A stretch of 62,948 nucleotides of DNA, filler included, from Dugesia japonica (Eukaryota): NCBI GenBank assembly GCA_001938525.1. It is 5 parts of 5 records of this genome, joined end to end, with 100 filler letters (N's around TTAATTAATTAA, not from the genome) between each part and the next. Parts side by side here need not be neighbours in the genome. Positions count along the whole stretch, not along the records: positions 51,880 to 62,948 come from MQRL01578572.1; 4 more parts are not named here. The stretch is one strand, 5' to 3'. The notes under the pieces were generated by a model. The model was not told where the DNA came from. It did no database searches and saw nothing but the letters and a program-made list of their open reading frames with translations. Below, one piece after another: positions 53,257 to 62,948 of this stretch. Both the position numbers and the translations under genes were made by a program. The number at the start of each line of letters is the position of its first letter. The stretch's first letter is position 1.

Positions 53257-54353
53257 NNNNNNNNNNNNNNNNNNNNNNNNNNNNNNNNNNNNNNNNNNNN
53301 NNNNNNNNNNNNNNNNNNNNNNNNNNNNNNNNNNNGGAACTCTGATATTTAAGTCGATATATTTAAGAATAACTAAATATTCACTCACTTATTCACTCTA
53401 AAAAGCTCGCACACAAGTAAAAAGTCAATTATAATTTGTATAGGTGTGTTGGAATTAGCCAACTAATATAATATACGGTTAATGGGTATTTGAATTAGTT
53501 TGGGACAAAGAAGTAAATTTGATTAACCGTAGCTTTTTGTCTGAATTACTAATAACCTTTACTAAATGATGCAATGTTATGTACACCGAAACAATATAGG
53601 AAATAAATACTAACATTTCACTGTATGAAAATTAAATTTTACTCCTCCTTTTTTCATTCAAACCCAAAGAAATTTGCAAAATATTCTCATTTTCAAATTG
53701 AAAATTAAAAAGAAATTCAAAAATTACGTGTGCCACAATGTAGTTTTACATCTATTTTATTATTTTTTATTGTTTTTTAGGTGAGAATTTCCACACTTAA
53801 ATATTTTTATTGACGTGTGATTTTTCACATACCAAAAATAAGAATTGAAATTTAGATTTTTTATTAATATTTTTACAAATAAAATATGAGATTGTGAAAA
53901 AATTTAAAGCTTTGCGCATTGATAATTTATACATGAAATAATATCATTATTTAAAGTTTTTTTTATGGCGTGAACTTTGAAACCTTAATTAAAACTGTGA
54001 AATTTCACACTTTTTACGAGAACCTTTACAATATGTAATGAAAAATGATGAGCCGTGTGAGGATTTTTTATATTTATCATAAATGATTATTAAAACTGTA
54101 TGTTGCATAATTAATATTTGACAATGAGTTCAAATATTTTGTATGTTGCATAACAGNTCAATGTTTGTTTGCTGATTGAGGTATGTTGATTGCTCAAATC
54201 ATAATTACATTTATATTTATTCCTCCTTTTTAGATTGTCATATTAATAAATAATATGGTTATGAAACAGACTTCTAACAAGCCGCAAATATTATTTTTTA
54301 ACCATACGAATGTTTGTAATTGAATCAAATATTATTTATTGTTATTATTATTA

Positions 54354-54391
<38 letters not shown>

Positions 54392-54724
54392 TTACATTAT
54401 TATTAATAATAAAAAAGCAAGACTTTTTTATTTACATGATGACAGGTAATGAAAACATAGTTCTAAACCTTTTTTGTAAGGACATTAATCTCTATGATTA
54501 TAATATAAACAGAAAATATTATTTGATATGCATAATTGTGAAACAGAAAATGATTTTTAAAAATCTAAAAACATCAATTTAAGTAATATATAATTATCGT
54601 TTTAAAATTCAAAATATCTAAATATGAATTCTTCGCTATACATTGTCTGTTTGTTTGCCACAAATTGTCCACGGCAGATGTTTTCGCGGCAAATTTTCTA
54701 GACACCAATTGTTTACTAGCAATA

Positions 54725-54950
54725 ATGGATGAAACATACCATTTGGATCAAATACAAAAATCATATTTGGTTTTACTTAAATGAAATCCAAAGAAATTTA
54801 CTGTTCACTATCTACATTCTATATATTTATATTGATTATTTAGGATCCGCTTTGTAAAATGTCTGGCAATTGTTCCAGTAAATACATGCCTTTAAATTGT
54901 TTGCTGCCCAAACTACGTTTCATTATTGTTTCAATCTGAAAAGTATTAAC
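54725..54950 (-). pseudogene. Adenain-like protease remnant, second module
   Basis: VNTFQIE..FKGMYLLEQLP..IININ..FVFDPNG, downstream of the hexon as in the first module. Confidence 0.6.
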
Positions 54951-55004
54951 AAACAATAAATTTTCTTTAAAAAAACAATTCATTCTTCATGCTTTGCAAT
55001 GAAT

Positions 55005-56200
55005 ATATTAGTAATACAATTACAACTTCATTTTTGATGATTTGAATTTCCGAATTAAAATCTCCATATGCATACATTGTCACTGATTTTGATAAGGCTC
55101 TAAAGAAACGCCCACCCAACTTGAGATTTTCGGTTTTTGGAAACAGCAAAGTCAAAAGCCAATACAAAACAAATATGAGTCTTTAAACTTCTTCATTTTA
55201 ATACCATTATTTTGGTCTAGATTCAACAGACCCATGTTACTAATAATCTATTGCACATGTGCCTTAATATAGTCTGTTTCAAAAACAGTAGCATATGTTT
55301 CTCGATAATAAACGTTTTTTGTTAAGCATATTGACTTTATACCAAAATTTGAGAATGTGGAGCAAAATGAGCCGTAACCATTAATTACTTGTCTTGATGT
55401 TTGGTAAGCAACCAAAACAAATTTTAGTCATCGTTTATCGGAAAAGATATTAACTTGTACGATGCTTGTTTTTTTGGAAAGGGTAGATGGTATTTTAATG
55501 TTCCAATCCTTGACTATGTACAATCATTACCNNNNNNNNNNNNNNNNNNNNNNNNNNNNNNNNNNNNNNNNNNNNNNNNNNNNNNNNNNNNNNNNNNNNN
55601 NNNNNNNNNNTAACTTTGATTTATTTGTAAATTATCGAACTGATATTTTTCGTCAACTTAATGGTCACATTAATTCTAGGCAACAAATATTTTGGTTAGT
55701 CAAAGAAATCAAGATTAAGTTTACCGCGGAGTGTTAGTTTGGCAGACCTTTTAATCCCAATTTTTTGTTTATCATCTTCTATATAACTAATGGCTTTAAG
55801 AAACTAGGCTTTTGTATCCGAACCAAAATTCAATACTGTTTTAATTACAGCACTTTGTATATACGTATATATGTATCTTCAACCTTTACATTGTTTATAG
55901 TTGACTGCGCTTCTTTAAATGGAGTATGAAGACAATAATTAGAGAAAATCATGTTGGTATTGTCATTCAGTAGAAAATCTGTTCATTCATGTTTCGCAGT
56001 CTTCATTTTAATAATGAATACCGTATCATTCAAATCTTAGTAATCATTATCTGAAACAATAATATTAAATTTGTTTTTTTGTTCAGCATACTTGGCTATA
56101 CAAACTTTTGAGTAAATTCCTTCAAATGCTCAGCTTTTAACAACAATTTGTGGTATATTGTGGTTAAGAAGCAATAATTCAGTTTTATTGGCATACATTA
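55005..56200 (-). pseudogene. Second adintovirus/Polinton hexon, decayed
   Basis: PQIVVKS, DLNDTVF, NYCLHTPF, VIKTVLNF, IFSDKR*LKFVLVAYQ and NLKLGGRF..YGDFNSEIQI. Collinear with 16630-17838. Confidence 0.75.
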
Positions 56201-56247
56201 CTTTGCAAGGGCGGTTATATCTGCCCGTCGTCTTTTGTTGTTCCTTT

Positions 56248-59200
56248 TGTAAGGATTAAAAATTGAAAATTACAATTTAAAGTTTGAAGAAAAAATGTTA
56301 TAAAAGATTTAATGAATATTTTAAATTATTAAAAANTTTGTTTAAATATACAACTTTTAAAAATAAGTTTTTTAAGATTTGAAGATTTGAAATTTTGTTT
56401 AATAAATAAAATTTTATTGAACTCAATGGACTTTTCAGAAAGTTTATCTGCAACTAACATGGCAACCAAGGCTTCAATGTACCTCATTCGAGAAGCCCTA
56501 CACTCTGGAATTTACCGACATGGTGACGACATTGAACAGTTTATCAATGGTTGCACTAAATACGTCAAATGTATTGGTGTAAAGAAAAAGGATAAAAACC
56601 TCTAGGTGGTTGGCTTAATTGATCGAGAATTAAGAGAAGCATACGAATGCCAAGAAGAATTATTAGACTTTGAGAACCGACTGAAGAAAGCGTTTTACAA
56701 AANGACTTTTCTAATATAAGACTTGGAGGAAGCTTTTAAATACAAGAGAATGTATGAACACGTTTATGTCCACAAGAAAAAGATTTTAACACCGGTCGAT
56801 AAAATCTTTGCACACTAACTAGATAAAGAAGAGATGACAAAAGAATTAAAATTCAATAGTTGCCGCGATAAAATGATGCAAATAAAGATTAAAGAAGGCA
56901 AACTAGTCAACTCAGAAGAGATATTTGAGACAATTAAAACAAATGGTGAAATAAATGAGTATCTGAAAGAAACAGACAATATAAATACGGTGGAGAGTTA
57001 CACTAATGGAGTAAAAAAGGCATAGCAAAAAAAACGTTTTTCAGGAGTTAACCAAACTCAAACGTGAAACTAAAAGAGAAATTACATAATGGTCATATCA
57101 GAGAATAGGTCATATCAGCAAAAGTTGTCCGGAAAGAAAGGAGAATCATATAAGAAAAAATTGTGACAAAATTGGATGTTCAAGATGAAGAAAAAATGGA
57201 CATCATACAGAACAATGTGATACTAATTTGGAGAAAAGAAGTGTGTGAACTAATGAGAGAAGTCAGCAAAATAACGAGCAAGGAAACGAAGCAGCACTAC
57301 ACAGTCAAAGAGAAGAAACAAACAGAAGATTTGACGATAAAAACAGATTACCAAAACAAAGTGGGAGGACATCAACCAATAATGGATTCAGGAAANAGAC
57401 GCCAATAGATATGTAAACGCTATAGAAGAAGAAGAAGATGAAGAGTACATGATGAGATGAGATAATATTTACTATTACGATGAAGAAAAAAACAGCTATA
57501 AAGGAGAGACTCTAAAAAGGCAAGCTCCAAACAAAGTCGAGATGATTGGAGCAATAAACTGAAAAACCATTCAGATTGCAATATACATATGTATAGTAAA
57601 AGTATTTCATTAAAATAAAGAAAATGCTTCGATCAAAATAAAATGTATTTGTAAAGAAATTCAAATTTTGACACTTGTTTTAATTAATAGTATAAAAGAT
57701 TAAAGTAAAGAGGAAAGAGTAGAATATATAATACAGATATCAAGATAATGAAAGAAACGAGAAATGATGAAAACAAAATAATGCTATTAGAAGAAAATGA
57801 AAAAGTGAATCCAGAATAATGTAGCCTATTACGCAAAGAAGTAAAATTTCTTTCGTCACATAATAAATAAAAACGGAATTCGAACAGATTTAATGAAAAT
57901 TAAAGCTATCAAAATTTTTGAGAAACCCAATTGCGTAAAGAGCCTGATAAGCTTTCTGGGAATATCCAATTATTACAGGAGATGGATGGACGGTATTTAA
58001 GAATTATTTAAAGAAATCAAGAGCCCTAGAATAATTATGTGATCGCAATAGCACCAAGCTAATATGGTAAGATGGATGTGAAAACTTGTTCTCGGATTCC
58101 TTGATATAAAGTAGACATTTATTTTAGATACTTACGCCAGATTTGAGGCAATATGAGTGGTACTATCACAAAATGATGATGATGATGGAAGAGAAAGAGT
58201 TATTGCTGATATCAGATGCAATGACATCTCATGAAAACGGTTACTGTATCACACAGAAGGAATTACTAGCAATCTACTACTACTGCAATCATTTAAACAT
58301 TATTTATATAGACAAAAATTCATAATGTGGACAGATCACAAAGCTATCGTATTCAATCAAAAGATGAACAAACAGATAACACCTCAGTTTCAGACATGGA
58401 TGAGTTACCTTAGCAGCTTAGATATAGAACTAATATATAGACAAGGTTAGAAATACGCAAACGCAGATAATCTCTCAAGTAAAGAATCGACTACTGGGAT
58501 ACTGGTCAATTTTTAGGTATTAAATACCGGTATTTTGGTATTTCAATCTTTACTTTTCTTTAAACAGCACTTCGAATTAGTCAATTTACATTGATTTAGA
58601 TTTTGAAACCGAAGAAACCAATAATTATGATGCAGTCGAAGGAGATGTATATATGCATATGAGGATGAATTAGTAATGGTTCATTAATGAATTGTAATTT
58701 TTAATTTCGTTATGTTTAATTTAATTATTATTTTAATGAATTATTTTTATTAATTTATATTGCAAATAAATATATATAAATTTTTATAAATTACTAATAA
58801 AAATTTGAATAATTTTTTAAAAAAGTTTAATTCACTTAATTTCTTGGAATACCGGTTTTAATAACGGTATACCGGTATTATAATTCTTTAATACCAAAAT
58901 ACCGGTATTGATTTTTTGTCCGGTATTGGATTCCATACTCTCAAGAATGAAATGCGGAACGTTCACTCAATGTCAAATGCAACATGAATATTCAAAGATG
59001 AGGAAGATAAAAACAAGACAGATAAATCAGATGATGAAGATAGAGAGATGTAAATCTCAAGACGGAATTGAGGACTTATTAAAGAAGAAAAGGATTCAAA
59101 GTATATAGAGTCGAAAGTTATATTGTGAAAACATGTGATAGGAAAATTTGGATTCCAAAAGAGAAAAGAATATTTATGGTCAAAGAGATACATATATTAT

Positions 59201-60273
59201 TAATACATGCANGAACAGAAAAAATGATCAGCTACATAATCAGCAACTAGGACATGGAAGAACTAAAGAAGACAATCACAGAAGCGATAAAACAGTGTGA
59301 AACGTGCCAAAAAACAAATTGAATACTGTGGCAACAAAAGAGACAACAGTAAAATTAAGCGCAAATTGTCCATTTGAAAAGATATATATGGACATATGTA
59401 AGCTTTTTACATAGACTGTAAACAGACGAAGATGTAAACGTAAAATAATAGAAAAATACAGTCGATATGTAAGCTTAACAGCAATCAGCAAGCAAGATGA
59501 TAATACGATTAAAAAAGAGATAATAAAAAATTGGATCCTGAGTACCGAGAAAAAACATTTGAATCAAGAATCAGATGAAATCGCTGGATAAAGAAGTATA
59601 CTTTTCAAGAACATACCATCAAAATGCGAAATGGATTATCAAGAGACAATTTCGCACCACCAGAGACTGTATTAATGCTGCCGCAGAGAAGGATAGAAGA
59701 AAGGATTAGAGTAACAGGATACCGGAGATCAAATACATGATAAATGCAACAAAACAGAAGACATTAGGGACAAAAAATTCACCAGCAGAATTATATTGGA
59801 TAGAAAAATTCAGAGAACAATGGTTCCATAGCCAAAGAGATGACAAAGAGTCAATGAAAGAAACACCTTCAAAAAACAATTTCAAGTGGGAGACGAAGTA
59901 TTGATAAAACTAGAAACTAGAACCAAAGACAATGAAAAATACGCTGTCTTATGAAGATCACGAAGAAGATACATGATAAAAGATATGGTATACGAAATGC
60001 AAATGGAAAAGAGCTAGAAAAGATGGTTAAAAAAGCTTAAAAAATTCTTTTGATCGAGGAGATGTAAGGATTGAAAATTGAAAATTACAATTTAAAGTTT
60101 GAAGAAAAAATGTTATAAAAGATTTCAAGAATTTTTTAAATTTTTAAAAACTTTATTTAAATATTTTGATTTTAAAAATAAGTGTTTTAAGATTTAAAGA
60201 TTTAAAATTTTGTTTTATAAATAAATTTTATTGAATTTAATGGACTTTTCGGAAAGTTTATCTGTAACTAACA
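56248..60273 (+). mobile_element. Full-length decayed Ty3/gypsy element inserted into the Maverick pX-like gene
   Basis: TG..CA LTRs 56248-56459 and 60063-60273, PBS TGGCAACC, PPT GAGGAGA. gag, RT end, RNase H (YCITQKELLAIYY, TDHK, NADNLSR) and integrase (PFEKIYMD). No clean TSD. Confidence 0.9.
58480..58937. mobile_element. hAT-type MITE nested in the gypsy element
   Basis: Perfect 8-bp TSD CTCTCAAG (58472-58479, 58938-58945), degenerate TIRs, subterminal ATACCGGTAT repeats. Removal restores NADNLSRMKC. Confidence 0.85.
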
Positions 60274-60830
60274 TACTTGATGTGGTTTTTGTTTGTCATT
60301 TACACATTCTATTATCATGCTGTCCATCAACTACCTTCCTTAATTCATTAATATCCCTTTCCTTCATATCCGGTCACAAATTCATTGCTTTGTATTTCTG
60401 CTTATAACACAATCAACAGTTTTTAGTGCTAATCACCCCACCAACTTTGAAATTGGAAGTTGAAATTTCTTTACATTCANNNNNNNNNNNNNNNNNNNNN
60501 NNNNNNNNNNNNNNNNNNNNNNNNNNNNNNNNNNNNNNNNNNNNNNNNNNNNNNNNNNNNNNNNNNNNNNNNNNNNNNNNNNNNNNATCATAGCCTAATC
60601 AATCATTTTAATAATGAATTTAATTGTAATCAGTATGTTTTCTTCAATTGTATTGAATGATAATGATAATACAAGTAAATACATGGGACTTTAACGTTTA
60701 ACATTTACATCATCACCAAATGTATACTTGTTACTATCAACCCACATGGTTCTCAAAAGTGTCACGCATATATGCCAAACCAAGATCGGATCAACTATGG
60801 ATAAGTAAGTATATAGTTGTATAATATCAC
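60274..60830 (-). pseudogene. Penton and pX-like remnants of the second Maverick module
   Basis: LYTYLSIVDPILVWHICVTLLRTMWV..SPMYL..FNTIEE (penton) and LPISKLVG*LALKTVDCVI (pX-like). Confidence 0.65.
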
Positions 60831-61071
60831 CAACAGTGGCGGATCTAGAAAAGTGGCAAGACTATACCCACTTGAAATTTTTAAAACACATTCTTCTTTC
60901 AACAATGATATGTATTATATATTTAGTTATAAATATGTTGTCATTTAAGCTTATTTTTGAACCATTATAAAAACATAAATACATGAGAAAAACAAAATAT
61001 TTTCAACTTTGAATACTTACATAAAATAACAACATACAGTGAAATATAAAAAAAGAAAAAATATTGATAAA

Positions 61072-61885
61072 TATCAGGTCATTCAATAAGTCTGTAGGAT
61101 AAGTAAGAAAAAAACAAAATTTTCACAAAAATCGATTTTATTATTCAACATAGTTGCCTTTGAGGGCGATACAACGAGTATAGCAATTTTCCAACTTNNN
61201 NNNNNNNNNNNNNNNNNNNNNNNNNNNNNNNNNNNNNNNNNNNNNNNNNNNNNNNNNNATTACTTCATCATTGAACTTAAATTTCTTTCCAGTAAGCATT
61301 ATTTTGAGATCTGAAAACAGGAAAATGTCGCTGGAGGCTAAATCTGGAGAATATTGTGGGTGGGTAAGCAATTCGAAGCCCAATTCATTCAATTTTGCCA
61401 TCGTTTTCATTGATCTGTTACACGGTGAAACAAAACTTTTTTCTTTTGCAAATGTGGCCATTTCTTTGCGATTTCAGCCTTCAATCGATACAAAAGTGCA
61501 CAGTAATAGTCGCTGTTGATGGTGGTTCCTTTTTGGAGATAGCCAATGAATATTATTCCGTTCGCATCCCAAAATACAGACGCCATCACCTTACCGGGCG
61601 ACTGTTTTGTCTTTGTTCGCTTTGGATTCTGTTCGTCGACTGCTGTCCACTCAGCTGACTGTCCTTTGGATTCTGGTGTGTAATTATGAAGCCATATCTC
61701 ATCCATTGTCACATATTGACGATAGAACTTCATTTTATTGCGGTTTAACAGCGCAAAACATTCCTCTGAAGCATCAAATCGTTGTTGTTTTTGGTCGACA
61801 CATTTTCCACAGAGCTTTCGGATACCAAAATGTTCGTGTAAAATGGTAAAAACACTACCATCTGATATCTTTACAATGTCAGCAT
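61072..61885 (-). mobile_element. mariner transposon 3' two-thirds
   Basis: VTMDEIWLHNYTPESK.QS.EW, GKVMASVFWD and HPQYSPDLASSD..LF. TIR-like TATCAGGTCATTCAATAAGT. Confidence 0.9.
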
Positions 61886-62039
61886 ATTATTTTACAAGTA
61901 GTATATATACATTTATGTGTAATATAAACATTTGTTCAACAAAATAAAACTAGAAATATAACATGATGAATATGATACTAAGTAATATCAAAATAACATT
62001 AATCGCCGCATAAAGTTTAATTTTCCTTTATACGCTACT

Positions 62040-62600
62040 AAAAATCTATCTAATTTTCTTCTAGATCAATATTCGAATAAATGTGGAACAATCCTTTCAT
62101 TTCCATCCAATTTTAGAAATTTGTTTTTAAACGTCGTAAGGCGGGAAAACGTTTTTGCTGCAGGTGCAATACTAATCGGCATGAGTAATAATATCCTAAA
62201 TAATAAATTCCAAGTAGGATACATGTACTTATCGCAGTTTTTATAGATATTCATTATGTTGATGGAGTTTTCGTCTGCATATATTCTATTACATTTCAGT
62301 CCACACACTTCAACTTCTGAATTAATCTTGTTTCAGAATTTAACCCCGCATTTAATTTCTTTAAAAAAGGCATATATTTTTGCCCTAAGTTTGATATAAA
62401 TCTTTTAAAAACATCTTCCATTTCTATAAAATTTTCGAAAGTCATGTATTTAATGAAAAAGCATTCATGCTATCTTAATCAAAGCACAACTTCATATTAG
62501 TAACTACTTCATCCAACATGGGAATGAATATACTACGATGACAATATTTTTCTGGCGTAGCACTTTTGGTTTGTTGATTTATAATTCTAAGAATTTCTAT
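62040..62600 (-). mobile_element. hAT transposase C-terminal dimerization remnant (PRKRIR/ZMYM1-like)
   Basis: MYPTWNLLFRILLLMPISIAPAAKTFSRLTTFKN. Confidence 0.65.
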
Positions 62601-62948
62601 TTTATTAGCTAATTCATTTGTTTTTTTGCTAAATTTGTCATATCTTTATATTTACGTTTTCTTTATTACTATTTAAAATTTTTTAACAAGACTTTAATTT
62701 AATTACGACCGAAAATATATCTAAAGATATAATATTTTTTGAAAATTATTACTCAATACAATTGTTTTACTGAATATATAAGTAATAAATTGGATCGATA
62801 TTAAAAACTCGTTCTTTGATAAAACTTTTATCAAAATGTACTCTGTTGTAAAGGTTATACTGTCATTCCATGATTCAATATTTTGTAATATTTCAATAAT
62901 GAAAGAACAATTGTTTTCGATAATGCTTGAAAGAATGTGATAACCTTT

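Overview
Very AT-rich eukaryotic (metazoan invertebrate-like) genomic DNA from a gapped draft assembly. Four N-flanked TTAATTAATTAA linkers (11231, 22828, 31430, 51824) suggest at least five stitched scaffolds, so adjacency across them is not evidence. The window is mostly decayed mobile DNA. Endogenous Polinton/Maverick (adintovirus-type) remnants include two paralogous penton-pX-hexon-adenain modules on opposite strands, a second distinct double-jelly-roll capsid type, a protein-primed PolB C-terminus and probable termini. Also present are several Ty3/gypsy LTR elements, an RLE-type non-LTR element, a Penelope-like element, mariner/Tc1, pogo/Tigger, hAT and Helitron fragments, many nested in each other. 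Host sequence is limited to secreted PAN/Apple- and kringle-domain exons and a U2AF35 fragment. Best candidates for follow-up: (i) a dispersed family of short elements with minimal hammerhead-ribozyme-like motifs, including a head-to-head palindromic form; (ii) a pol-less zinc-knuckle plus signal-peptide ORF unit flanked by two diverged repeats whose three hairpins show compensatory changes; (iii) a spliced Maverick accessory gene with tandem TQ/IQ motifs beside a terminal cluster of TCAAGGTCA nuclear-receptor-type sites. All family calls are by manual motif recognition. No searches were run, and boundaries of decayed features are approximate.
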